Shown: in pieces, positions 42,499 to 53,357 of the stretch
Position numbering within the stretch: the stretch's first letter is position 1
Layout: the number at the start of each line of letters is the position of its first letter
Assembly (NCBI GenBank): GCA_963745545.1
Contig: CAVUXS010000002.1
Location: 730,982 to 794,981, forward strand
DNA length: 64,000 nt
Source of the DNA: an uncultured Actinomycetota bacterium
Lineage (GTDB): Bacteria > Actinomycetota > Actinomycetes > Actinomycetales > Dermatophilaceae
Reading direction: 5' to 3'
Position numbers and translations under genes: made by a program
Notes under the pieces: generated by a model
Told to the model about the DNA's origin: nothing
Seen by the model: the letters and a program-made list of their open reading frames with translations, nothing else
Database searches by the model: none

Positions 42499-45347
42499 TC
42501 AGGGGGTCGGCGGCGTGATGCGGATCTGCGCGGACTGGTTGCCCGCGGAGGTCTTCACGACCTGCACCTTGGTGTTGTACGCGACACCGTCGTCGGCCGG
42601 GTTGCCCGTGCCGAGCAGGCGTCGCCGCACCGACGTTCGAGACCGTAGTACTGCGGGAGCGGGTTGCCGGCCGCGTCCACCACGCGGGTGGAGTACGGCG
42701 CGTTGCCCGGCGACGGGACGACCGTCGAGGCGTCGGCGTCGCGGTAGAAGATGCTGCTGCCGCGGATCTCGATGCCGGGGTACCAGCTCTTGGCGTCGGT
42801 GAACGTGCTCACCGGCGCCTGGGCCGCGAAGTCGGTGCAGTCCTCGACCGTGACAGTCGGCGTCCGGTGACGCACTCCTTGAACGGGTACGTCGGCTGGA
42901 GGCCGAACGCCGCGTTCGAGGACTGCGCCCGCGACGGCAGGTTCTTCAGGGTGCGACGGGTCGAGCGCGGCCGCGGCGCCGGTGCGACGCAGCGGGTCGA
43001 AGTGGCTGTCGACGATGAGCAGGCCACCCTTGGCGCCCGTCGCTCGGCAGCGCCGTGAGGTTGTTGAGCGACGTGGTTGTTGTTGCCGTAGCGTGTCGCG
43101 GTACCAGACGAGCGCGCCGGGGGCGTTGTACTTGATCTTCTCGACCTTCCACGCCCCGTCGCGCCTGGTAGGTCGTGTCGTAGGCGTACTTCAGGCCCTC
43201 GTCGAACCCGTCGAAGTTGCGCCACTCGACCAGGTAGTACTGCGCCTGGCACTCGAGGTGCCGGTGTCGATGCGCCAGCCGGCGCCGGTGGTGTCGGCGA
43301 AGGTGCCGACCGTCGGCGGTCCAGCCGTTGTCGCCGCCTCGACGTCGTCGCTCCAGACGGTGGTCGCACCGTCGGTGACGCGAGAAGTCGTCGACGAACC
43401 AGCCGCGCTCCTGGAAGGCCGCGTCGGTCGCGTAGCCGCAGGCGCACCTGGACGTCTGGCCGGCGTACGCGCGCGAGGTCGACGTAGTCGTGCCGCCAGC
43501 CGTCGGTGGCACCGGTGAGGCCGTACTTCTTGTCGCCGAAGTCGGCCATGCGGCCGTTCGGGTCGGCGTAGCCGTCGGGCGTGGTGACCTCGGTCGCCGG
43601 CCTCGTTGAAGACCTTCTGCTCGGTCCACGTGGTGCCGCCGTCGGTCGAGACCTCGACGAAGCCGAAGTCCCAGTCCTCCTCGATGATGTAGTTGTTCCA
43701 CATCCAGAACTTGGCGTCGGTCGCGCCGGCCGGCACGTCGATCGTGCGGGCCAGCCGGACGTCGGCCCAGTCCTGGTCGGCGCTGGTGTACCACATGTTC
43801 GGCGCCGCTGTGCGGCGTCGGCCAGGGTGACGATCTTGTCGGGCAGGTTGACCTTGACGCCGTCCTCGGTGCCCTTCGGCGTGCGCGAGGTCTGGCCGAC
43901 GGTCGACCGTCTGCGCCGGCGTCGCCCGGGTTCGACGACGACCGGGTCGGCCCAGCCGAGCACCCACTTGTCCCAGAGGCCCATGTGCGTCGGCATCGAC
44001 TGGAAGATCGGGCCCGAGTGCGAGCCCGAGGACATGAGGTCCCAGAAGTCGACGTCGGAGTCGCCGCCGGCCGAGGTGTCGTACAGGTCGGGCAGGCCGA
44101 GGTCGTGGCCGTACTCGTGGGCGAACACGCCCACGCCGGAGTCCTCGGGCTGCACGATGTAGTTGCGACAGCTTCAGGTCGGTGCCCGGGATGGTCGCGC
44201 CGCCGGCGACCGCGGAGGAGTGCGCCCAGATGGCGTAGGTGCCCTCGGCGCCGCCGCCACCGGACTTGTCCTCACCGGCGTGCACGAGCACGACGTGGTC
44301 GATGACGCCGTCGGGCTCGTTGAAGTTGCCGTCGCCGTCGCGGTCGCCCTGGTCCTCGATGTCGTAGTCGGCCCACGGGAAGTCGGGCTGGCGCTGCGGC
44401 GAGCGCCGTCGACCGCGTCGATCGGGAGCTGGCCGGCGCCGAGCGGGTTGTCGGGGTGGCCCTGCATGTCCTGGATCGCGCCGGCACTCGTACACGCCGT
44501 CCTCGTTCTGGAAGCAGACGGTCGCGCCGTAGTAGGCCTCGGAGTGCGGCACCGTGACCCACGGGGTCGCCGCGCCGGTCGACGGTGTAGGCGCCCTTGC
44601 GACATCTCCTCGTACATGTTCTTCATCGTGTAGCCCGGAGATGTCGAAGCCCGGCTTGCCGTCGGGCCCCTTGAGGTCGGTGCGGACCCGCTCGGTGATG
44701 CCCGTCTTGGTGAAGAGCATCTTGTTGAAGTGCTCGGGCGAGAAGTCCGGCACCCACATCGAGTTGTTGTCCTCGAGCGCGTAGCGTTGGCCGGGTTCGG
44801 GATGTTGTTGTGCAGCGGCCCGTTCTGCACCGTCGCCGGGCTCGCAGGTCGGTCGCGCCGAACTCGCGTCGGCACCTGCACGCCGGTGAAGTCGTCGTTC
44901 GCGTTCGTCGTTGAACTCGACGAGGATCGTGAGCAGCTTCGCCTCCTGCGTCGCCTTGGCGCCCTTGTACTGGCTCTTGATCTGCTTCGGGTTCTTGCCG
45001 GTCTTGATGGCCTTCGCCTCGAGCTTGGCCAGCTGGCGCGCCGCGACCGGGTTGCCCTCGGGGTGCTTGCGGTCGACCTCCATGGCCTTGGCGATGGCGT
45101 CGTGCTGCTTGGCGCCGTCCTTCTTGCCGACCTTCTTGTCGGTGCCGAAGGCCTTCTCGGCGCGGGGCTGGACGTAGTTGATCCACGCCTCGCTCGCGGC
45201 CGCGCCCTGGCCGGGCTGGACCGGGGCCGGTGCCGCGGTCACCGCCCCCGCGCTCGCCGCGACCATTCCGGTCGTGGCCAGGGCGAGGGCCGGGACGAGT
45301 GCCGCCCCTGCACGCAGGCGGGCGCCTGCGCTCCTCCGTTGAGTCAT
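42499..45347 (-). CDS. Secreted immune inhibitor A (M6 family) metalloprotease, many indels
   Basis: Signal peptide MTQRRSAG...; GPLHNNIP, DGVIDHVVLVHAG, AIWAHS, HEYGHDLGLPDLYD, WDLMSSGS, YYLVEWRNFDGFD. Confidence 0.9.
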
Positions 45348-45959
45348 CGTGTCTCCCTTTGGTGGTGTGTCCCGCACAGGGACGAGCCCCCGGGGTGACG
45401 GGGGCCGGGAGTGATCATGCCCAAGGACCGGCCCAGAGGGAAGAGATGGGGACACGGCTTCCTCGTAACGATCGCGTGTCGGTGTCGGCGGGCGTCGCCC
45501 CTTGGCCGGTTGGCCCCGGGCCGAGCTGCGCCACTGGGGTACCGGTCGGGCAACCGACGCCACAGACTTGGCCGCTGTCCGCCCCACGGCCGTTCTCCTG
45601 TTCGGCGCCATCGCTGACTTCGCCAAGCGCACGTCCTCCGGGCTGTCGCGCTGGTCACGTGGTACGTCTACGACGGCATCACTTCAAGGAGCTCGTTCGA
45701 TGGGGAGCCCAAGGTGGCAATGAGGAAGGTGGCCTGTACTTCACCGGGTGGTGCGACGACGCGGATGGCAACTTCGAGGGCCTGCCACTGTTCTCGGGAT
45801 CAGTCACCTTCAAGTGGGAGAAGCCACTTCCCACCGTGGCCTTCGAGTAGCCACAGGGGGCCGCAAGGAAAGATCGCGGCCGAGTAGGGCAGGTGCCCGA
45901 TGCGCGCCCACCTGATCGCTTCCTAGTCTCCGGGGAACCGCACGGGCAGGGAGTTGGTC

Positions 45960-47012
45960 ATGGGTCGTCGGCTGGCTGGGGCACTCGGTGCATCGCTCGT
46001 CGCAGCAGCGTGGTCAGTGTCGACGGCGCCCGCCGCCTCGGCCACTCCCACCAGGAGCGGGTTGCCGTCAGGCGGCTGCAGCCGTCCCTTCGATGACGCG
46101 CGCGTCAGGTGCCTGTTCGACGCCACGGGCGGGCTGGAGTCGTGGGTGGTTCCCACCGACGTGAGCTTCCTACGTGTCGACGCGTGGGGCGCGCAGGGCG
46201 GTTCGATCTTGCGGCCCGACGGCAGGGGGGTCGCTGGCGGGAGGGGTAGCGGCGTTTCCATGGGCGTCGACGTCAGCGGCGGTGAGACGCTCACCGTCGC
46301 CGTCGGCACCCGCGGCGGGACCGCAGGGGCGAGCACCGGAGCCGCCCCTGGTGGCTTCGGTGGTGGGGGTGCCGGAGGGCGCTCCGGCGGCGGCGGGGGT
46401 GGGGCCACCACCTTGTCGGACGCCGAGGGTCGGTGGATCGTGGTGGGCGGCGGCGGTGGTGCCACAACGGAGGCGCAGCGCAGTGACACCACGGGGACGA
46501 CCGCCGACTACGACGTGACTGCCTCACGGCAGCCGAATGACTCCCTGGCCAGGGTGGCGGGCCGAGCCGGTTCGCAGGGCGGGCCCCGAAGGGACGCGGC
46601 GACGTGCTACGCCGGCGCCGCTGTCGCAGGCGGGCATGCCCCCACCGTTCGTCGCGGACGGACCATCGCCCGCGGGGGTGACGGCGTATCCGGACCCGCT
46701 GGCGGTGGTGGCGGGGGCTGGCTCGGCGGTGGTGCGGGATGGGTCGGCGCCTCCTGCGATCGCGTCGCCCAGGGTGCTGGAGGGACCAACGGCACCCGCG
46801 CGGGACGCGAGGGCTTCACCTTCTCGGTCGACCCCGACGGAAAGGTCGGTGACGGCCGGCTGAGCCTCGAGTACTACGAGTACGACGTCGACGGCGCGCC
46901 CACCGTCGACGTCGACCGGGCCGTATGCGGCCCCGAACTTCTCGAGGAGCGCGGTTTCCTCCGCTTGGATCTGGGCGCGGTCGATGAAGACGACGAAGCC
47001 CACCACTGGTAG
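45960..47012 (+). CDS. Secreted glycine-rich domain protein, 3' end probably truncated
   Basis: Signal peptide; WVVPTDV..VDAWGAQGG, GETLTVAVG, GGGGGAT, GGGGGGWLGGG; last ~30 codons are the antisense of an ICMT remnant. Confidence 0.75.
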   Translation: MGRRLAGALGASLVAAAWSVSTAPAASATPTRSGLPSGGCSRPFDDARVRCLFDATGGLESWVVPTDVSFLRVDAWGAQGGSILRPDGRGVAGGRGSGVSMGVDVSGGETLTVAVGTRGGTAGASTGAAPGGFGGGGAGGRSGGGGGGATTLSDAEGRWIVVGGGGGATTEAQRSDTTGTTADYDVTASRQPNDSLARVAGRAGSQGGPRRDAATCYAGAAVAGGHAPTVRRGRTIARGGDGVSGPAGGGGGGWLGGGAGWVGASCDRVAQGAGGTNGTRAGREGFTFSVDPDGKVGDGRLSLEYYEYDVDGAPTVDVDRAVCGPELLEERGFLRLDLGAVDEDDEAHHW

Positions 47013-47240
47013 CAGCGCCGGTCCACGAGCCTCGCCACACGGCGTGCGCCAGCAGAAGTCCTGCCATGCCCACGTACATCGGGTTCCGCTGGCTGCGTCG
47101 CCGCTGAGGTGGCCGGTGCCGACGCCGAGGTGGACGGAACGGCTGGAAGGGTAGTGCCCGACGAGAGAAACGCGTCGCGGAGCAGGTCCAGCGGGCGAAG
47201 GACACCGAGCGAGCGGCGTCGTCCCGGCCGTGCCGCCACG
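46920..47240 (-). pseudogene. Isoprenylcysteine carboxyl methyltransferase (ICMT/PEMT-like) remnant
   Basis: RNPMYVGMAGLLLAHAVWRGSW / ALLPVVGFVVFIDRAQIQAEETALLEKFGAAY; both ends degraded. Confidence 0.7.
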
Positions 47241-47302
47241 AGACTCGCACCGCACGGTGAGCACCGTCGCGGAGGGGAGCGGCTCGACCAGCACTCACCG
47301 GA

Positions 47303-49208
47303 TCAGTGCTCGGGAGATGACGGTTGAGGAGCCATGGCGGCGGCGACCCCGTCCTGGTTCCTCCGCGCGGACTCCAGGAGGTCCTGCAGCTCGGGGAGCG
47401 GCTGGCTGGGCACCCGCGAGTCGGTGCATCCCATCGCCCGCAGGAAGACGGCGGAGTAGTCCACGGCCACCCGGTCCCCCGCCGCAGACCCGCCGGCGAA
47501 GGCAGCCAGCAGAAGACCCTCGGCGTGTTCCACCTGGCCCTGCGACAGGCTTGCCATCCCCACCCACATCCGAAACCGGGCCAGCCGCCCCGGGTCGCCG
47601 TAGTGCTCGGCAAGCGCCAACCCTTCCTCGATACCGGCTCTGGCAAGGGCCATGTCGAGAGTGAGCGGCAGAGTGCGGATCGTCAGCTCGAGCGCGTCGA
47701 GGAGGGCCACGCTGTCGCCGGAGGTGCGCGCGACGCGGATCGCTTGGTGGACGCGGTCGAGGGTCCAGGCCGCGAACGCCTCGCGGTCGTCGACGTCGGC
47801 AGGCAGGTGGCTCACCGACCAGACCAAGGCGCGGGATGCGAGCACCGCATCGTGTCCGGGTACCTCGAGCAGGCCCTCGACCCGCGTGGCGACGGAGGCA
47901 CGGGCTCCGGGGGCTGCGGTCACGCGGGCCGCTTGCAGGGCCAGCTCGAGGGCGGCATCCGAGGTGCCGTCGAGCTTGCGCGCGGTCGAGCGCGGCGAGG
48001 ACGTCGGCCACCTCGTGCGGGAGCAGGGGCCGCCCGGTGCGGCAGCGGGCCCTCACGTAACGGTCATGGCGACGCAGCGCCTCGGCTCGCTCCCCCTTGC
48101 TGGTGAGCCGCTCGCTGGCGAAGGTTCGCACCGACGGCAGGAGCGAGAACAACGGTTCCTCGGCGTCGCCGGCATCCACGTCCACCAGGGAGAAGTCGAG
48201 CAGGGTCGAGAGCACGTCGAGCGCCATGACGTCGGGGGGTGCCACAGACGCCACCGCCTCGAGGGTGGCCGGACCATCGAAGACGGACAACGCGGCGAGC
48301 AGGACTGCCGCTGAGGGCGAGAGCAGGTCGACCGTCAGGTGAGCGCCGCGCGCAGGCTCCGGTGCCGTTCGGGAGCTCCCGCCGGTGCGTGGTCCAGCAG
48401 GCGCAGACCGGTCGGTTCCGACAGTTGTGCGGCCATCAGCTGCAGCGACATCGACCCGGCTCGTGCGGCCGCCAGCTCTATCGCAAGTGGCAGACCACCT
48501 ACCGCGCGGCAGATCCGCACGGCGGCGAGCAGGTCTGATTCGCTCGGCGGGTGGGTCACGTCCCGCCTCAGTGCCCGCTCGACGAACATCTGCAGGGCCG
48601 GAGCGAGGGCGGTCATGGATGAGGCCTCGTCGCCGTCGTCGACGAAATCTGTCGCGTCGTCCGCGAAGCCGCTCGCGCGATCGGGCGCGCGATTGCCGCT
48701 TCCGTCGGCCGGGACGGGCAGCGGTCCGAGCCGCACGACCCGCTCCCCGGGCACACCGACATCACCCAGGCTGGTGGCGAGCACGGTGGCTGTCGGGTAG
48801 TCCTCGAGCAGGCTCAAGGACGATGTCTGCAGCGCCGTGAACCTGCTCGAGGTTGTCGAGGACGAGCAGCACCGGGTCCCCGCCATGGGCACGCCACAGT
48901 GCATCTGCGGGTCGCTCCGAGAGTGCCTCGGAGCCACCGATCCGCAGCACCAACGCGTCGGCCATCACGTCGGCCTCGCGCACGGCACTGAGCTGCACGA
49001 CCAAAGCCAGCGGGAAGGGCGACGCGTCACAGGCAGCGAGAGCGAGCTTTGTCTTGCCCACCCCGGACGGACCGGCAAGCACGACGGTCCGCACGGCCGG
49101 ATCGCCGAGGAGACCAAGCACCACCGCGAGCTCGGCGTCACGGCCGAAGAGCGGCCCCAACATCGTCAGCAGCCCAGGGCGCTCTCTCTCGACCTCGACC
49201 GACCGCAT
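47303..49208 (-). CDS. STAND-class (AfsR/LuxR-type) ATPase regulator; frameshifted, no HTH seen
   Basis: LFGRDAEL, GPSGVGKT (Walker A), LLVLDNLEQV (Walker B), GGLPLAIELAAAR, RHRSLRAAL, LSVFDG. Confidence 0.8.
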
Positions 49209-49547
49209 GGGCTGGAGCCTATGGTCGGAGGCACCCCCCCTGTCGAGGGTCCCGCCTCACGCCTCGCCTTCGATCGGACCTCGCTCAGTGCAACGGGCCA
49301 AGAGGGGAGAACACCGCCAACTGGGCGGTCTCCACCGATGGCGGCTGGAAAGCCGCAGCAGAGTCGTTGGGGTGGAATGGGATTCACCACGCGGCGACCA
49401 GCAGGGGCCCAGGCCGACCACGGCCACCGCGGCCACCGCGGCCGGTTGACCACCCGACGCTCTTTCAAGCTGCGAGCTGGTCATGGCTCACGCTGTGGGT
49501 CGCGACCGTGAACGCCGGCTCCGCCGGCAGACTGGGCTTCGTCGACT

Positions 49548-49596
49548 TAGGCCGAGTGCTCAAGATTCGCTGGGCGTACCCCGAGCACTCGGCCTA
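49548..49596 (-). terminator. 14-bp perfect stem downstream of the lectin gene
   Basis: TAGGCCGAGTGCTC...GAGCACTCGGCCTA. Confidence 0.65.
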
Positions 49597-49606
49597 GAGC
49601 GCCGGG

Positions 49607-50482
49607 TCAGGGCACGTAGTTGATGGTGTCGAGACCCGTGATCGGAGTGCCGTCGTAGGTCGCGGCGATCACGGTCGCTGTCGTCGACCCTTCGACGAAG
49701 ACGCCGTCGGTGTCGACGATCTGGACGACGAGATCGAGGTCTCCGTCACCGTCGACGTCCTCGAGGGCGCCAGCTGTCATGCTCTTGCCGCGGACCTTGG
49801 CGGCCGCTCCGTTCATGGTGACCGTCAAGGGGTTGACCGTCGCAGCGTCGAACGTCGCCGTGGTGAGGATGGCGATCGGGATCACACCGTGGTCATTGCC
49901 GTTGACAGTGTTCTGGGAACTGCCGGGCTTGACGTCGACACTGATGCCCAGGCAGTTGTACTCGACGACGTAGCCACCAGCAGCTCCATACAGCCACGTG
50001 CGCGGCGCGTCGTTCCATGTGGCGTTCGTCCAGAACGCGGTGGCGTCTTCGCGCGGGAAATCCGTTCCTTCGTAAAGGCTGTTGGTCGGCTCGCCCGTGG
50101 CCCAGTTGGTGTAGCCCCAGGCCTCGCCGTTGGCCCAGGTCCAGCCGTCGTTGGCGTTGTCGCTGTCGGGCTGGATGCCGCCAAACCACTTGAACAGGAG
50201 CGTCGCTTCCCCGAACTGGTCGGCAAGGAATGCGTTCTCGTCAGCGCTGGTGATTGTGGCCAGGTGGCCGCTGCAGACGCCGGCCTCGCCCCACGACATG
50301 GCTTGAGCCGCGGCCTCGGCATCAACCCAGGTCACGTTGCCCGTGACCACCTCGTAACCGTGACCGTTGGCGCCCCAGACGGCGATCGGGTCAGCGGCCG
50401 CAGCGGGAGACACCATGGTCGCTGTCAGGCCACCGGCGAGGGCAAGGGCCAGAAGTCCTCGTAACTTTCGACTTGCGCGCAT
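49607..50482 (-). CDS. Secreted C-type lectin-like domain protein
   Basis: Signal peptide; NGHGY, TWVDAEAAA, GHLATITSADENAFL, WFGG, WTWANGE, YTNWATGEP, WND; C-terminal DVDGDGDLD loop. Confidence 0.85.
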   Translation of the reverse strand: MRASRKLRGLLALALAGGLTATMVSPAAAADPIAVWGANGHGYEVVTGNVTWVDAEAAAQAMSWGEAGVCSGHLATITSADENAFLADQFGEATLLFKWFGGIQPDSDNANDGWTWANGEAWGYTNWATGEPTNSLYEGTDFPREDATAFWTNATWNDAPRTWLYGAAGGYVVEYNCLGISVDVKPGSSQNTVNGNDHGVIPIAILTTATFDAATVNPLTVTMNGAAAKVRGKSMTAGALEDVDGDGDLDLVVQIVDTDGVFVEGSTTATVIAATYDGTPITGLDTINYVP

Positions 50483-50704
50483 GGCGTACACCTCTTCATC
50501 TCAGCTGGCGCGTCGCCACGATTGAGGCATCACCAGCGCCGCACTTCACACCCCAGCGGGATTGCTCAGGCAAGCGGAGACTAAGACAGTGCAATAGCCA
50601 GCACATCGGGCAAATGCCCCACACCGCGCAGTCGCGGTGGCCGACTGTTCTCACGGGATGACGCAGCTTTGCTTCGTCCGACGGCACCATGGGACTTCGC
50701 CACT

Positions 50705-50886
50705 TCAGCTGGGGCGGTATGCGTCACTGCGGCGGTCGATCCGCACGGCCACGACCCCCCGCCCGTCCTCGTTGATGCGGTCCAACACCCGGTAGGTACC
50801 ACGCCCAGCGGAGTGAATCCCAGCCAGCTCTCCTGGAGGGCGCCAGTCGTGCGTCTGGAGTTCGCGGACGAGCGCAGCAGCGGGCC
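50705..50886 (-). pseudogene. Decayed RelE/ParE family toxin remnant
   Basis: Manual translation GPLL.../ELAGIHSAGRGTYRVLDRINEDGRGVVAVRIDRRSDAYRPS stop resembles the C-terminus of mycobacterial RelE-type toxins. Confidence 0.6.
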
Positions 50887-51048
50887 TCGTCGCTGTCCTG
50901 GTCGGGCTTCAGCCGGGCTCCGGCACGAACGCAACCGCTCGTCGCATGCCCCTTGCCTCAGCGCTGGACGAGGTGGACCATGGCCGCGAAAGCGTGCCCG
51001 TCCACTCGTGAGCACCTTCGCTCCCACGGGTGCGTTGGAGGAGGGGCC

Positions 51049-52992
51049 ATGAGGACACGGCCCACCACCGTCGGAGTCGCCGTCCTCGCTGCTGCGGCGT
51101 GCGTCCTGGGGGCGACCGCAGCGGACGCAAGGGACCGGCCGTTCTCCACGAGCAAGATGACCGTGCGCCCCGTGCTCGACCCGGGTTTCGGTGGCGCCAC
51201 CACGGGTGGCAGTGGGCAGTTCAGTGCCCGCCAGATCGAGCAGTACCGCTGTGCGGTCGCTTCTGGGGCGCTGTACGGAACCCCGGCCGGGGCGATGGAC
51301 ATCTCGTGCAACGACCGGGAGCCTTACCGGCAGGACTTCAATCCCGACAACGAGCTCGCCATCGTGGTCAACCCGAAGGTGCCCACGCACCTGCTGGCGG
51401 GATCCAACGACTACTTCTACCGGATCAACAACTCCACAGGCGCGCGCCAGGCGCTCGTCCCGACCGGCTTCTTCACCTCGTTCGACGCCGGGGCCAGCTG
51501 GGTCGACGGACAGGTGCCGATGCAGAGTGGCAACGGCGCGGGGGATCCGTCCCCGGCGTTCGACGGCAAGCTCTCGGGGAGCACCCCACAGACCGGCTGG
51601 GCGATGATGGCCCAGCTCGAGAACGTCGGTGGTCTGGGCGGTCCGTTCGTCTCCCAGGGGAACGTGTCGGTGAGCTGGTCCTCCGACGGTGGCGTCACGT
51701 GGAGCCAGCCCACGATCGCGATGAAGGGCCAAGGTGCCTCGATCGGCCCGGCCAACAACGCCGTCTTCTACGACAAGGAATGGCTGACCGTCGACAACAG
51801 CCCGAGCTCTCCGCACTACGGACGGGCCTACCTGGTCGCCGTGCGGTTCCTCAACGACCTGCACGGCGCCTACGCCGAGTCACCGGTCTACCTCGCGACC
51901 TCCGACGACGGCGGCCGCACCTGGTCCTCACCGAGGGAGATCTCCGGCTCGAGCCCCCAGTGTTCCGCGCAGAGCACCGGACCGGCCGGGGAGTGCGACG
52001 AGAACAGCTTCCCCATCCCCGAGGCCGCACCCAACGGTGACCTCGTCGTGCACTTCGCGAACAGCAACATCGACTCGGCCTGGGAGACTCCGGGCGAGTT
52101 CGAGCAGACGCTGCTCGCGGTGAGGTCGACCGACGGCGGAGCGACGTTCAGCGACCCGGCGGTGATCGCCCACCTCGAGGACGGGGCGGCCGACACGCCG
52201 TGGAGCGTCATCGGACGGCAGACGGTGACCGGCCACCAGATCCGCTGGCAGTCGCCCGGGACCATCACGGCAGACCCGACCGACCCTGACCACTGGGCCG
52301 TCGTCTACAACGACAACTTCGCGGGCACCCACGACGCCGCGCCGGCAAGCTGCCTGGACGACATCCCGGGCACGGCACCGAACTACAACCCGTGCGACGC
52401 GGTGACCGACACGAACATCTACATGGCCGAGAGCTGGGACGGCGGGACCACCTGGAACCCGCGCATCGCCCTGGACACCTCCGCCGGGGACCAATGGTTC
52501 CCATGGGCTGACTTCCACACCGACGGCTCACTGGCGGTGGCGTACGACTCCAACGAGGACATCGCCGACCCCGGCGGAGGCCGCAACGACACGTTCAACC
52601 ACGTACTGCTCACGGTCGGCCCCCGAACGGCCACCAGTGGTGCAGCGGCCGTGACCGGCCGTGAGGTCCTCGTTCCGAATGGGCAGGGACGCACGGCCAG
52701 CGAGCAGGTCGACGTGTCCGTGACCCACTGGGCCGGACAGTACGTCCCGCAGAGCGCGTGGCCAATTGTGTGCGGGCCCGACGGCTACACCGACCCGCCA
52801 GTCACCGACGCCGAGGGCAAGGACTGCAACGTCTTCGACGGCGACTACACCGGCCTGGCAGTCGGCAACGACAACCGCGTCAACGTGGTGTGGACCGGTC
52901 TGAACCGCTCGGCCGTCTCGCCACAGGTCGACGCCTACACCGGCTCACTTCACGACGGCTACGCCCAGGACGCCATGTTCGCGCGGCGCTGA
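51049..52992 (+). CDS. Secreted Asp-box (BNR) beta-propeller, sialidase-like protein
   Basis: Signal peptide; Asp boxes SFDAGASW, SSDGGVTW, SDDGGRTW, STDGGATF, SWDGGTTW; DKEW, GDQWFPW, GDYTGL; GGAGG upstream. Confidence 0.85.
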   Translation: MRTRPTTVGVAVLAAAACVLGATAADARDRPFSTSKMTVRPVLDPGFGGATTGGSGQFSARQIEQYRCAVASGALYGTPAGAMDISCNDREPYRQDFNPDNELAIVVNPKVPTHLLAGSNDYFYRINNSTGARQALVPTGFFTSFDAGASWVDGQVPMQSGNGAGDPSPAFDGKLSGSTPQTGWAMMAQLENVGGLGGPFVSQGNVSVSWSSDGGVTWSQPTIAMKGQGASIGPANNAVFYDKEWLTVDNSPSSPHYGRAYLVAVRFLNDLHGAYAESPVYLATSDDGGRTWSSPREISGSSPQCSAQSTGPAGECDENSFPIPEAAPNGDLVVHFANSNIDSAWETPGEFEQTLLAVRSTDGGATFSDPAVIAHLEDGAADTPWSVIGRQTVTGHQIRWQSPGTITADPTDPDHWAVVYNDNFAGTHDAAPASCLDDIPGTAPNYNPCDAVTDTNIYMAESWDGGTTWNPRIALDTSAGDQWFPWADFHTDGSLAVAYDSNEDIADPGGGRNDTFNHVLLTVGPRTATSGAAAVTGREVLVPNGQGRTASEQVDVSVTHWAGQYVPQSAWPIVCGPDGYTDPPVTDAEGKDCNVFDGDYTGLAVGNDNRVNVVWTGLNRSAVSPQVDAYTGSLHDGYAQDAMFARR

Positions 52993-53003
52993 CCAAGCCA
53001 CGT

Positions 53004-53036
53004 CGAGGGCCCACACCAGCCAGGTGCGGGCCCTCG
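53004..53036 (+). terminator. Hairpin after the BNR protein gene
   Basis: CGAGGGCCC...GGGCCCTCG. Confidence 0.6.
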
Positions 53037-53129
53037 TCCGCTGCGGAGGTCGCCAACCCGGCATGTGGCCGTCCCTGAGGCGCCGCCCGCCGACGCCGAA
53101 AGCACCAGGACGGACGTGGATTCTGGCAG

Positions 53130-53194
53130 GAGCGAACAGACTTCCGTTGTCGTCCCTGAATCGAGACGGATCCGCAAGCGGCACAGAGACGCAC
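53130..53194 (+). repeat. 65-bp direct repeat, copy 1
   Basis: GAGCGAACAGACTTCCGTTGTCGTCCCTGAATCGAGACGGATCCGCAAGCGGCACAGAGACGCAC; one mismatch versus 59408-59472. Confidence 0.95.
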
Positions 53195-53357
53195 CTCCCA
53201 GAGCGCCCGGTTGGGATCTGCACGGACGGGTGCGTTGCTCGGACCAGTACGTGGGCTGTGGTCGCACCGCGTCCCTCGGGAGCTGCCTCGCACATCGTTG
53301 GCAAGCGCCGGGTCCCAGGGGCCCTTGGCGGGAACGGCGCTGCGCGTGACTGTGGCC

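Noticed and set aside
45600-45850. Coding-like tail (LYFTGWCDDADGNFEGLPLFSGSVTFKWEKPLP)
   Set aside because: No start or recognisable family; cannot be supported without a search
53130-53194. 65-bp repeat as a tRNA-derived prophage att site
   Set aside because: No T-loop/CCA signature, and no integrase or phage structural genes in the window
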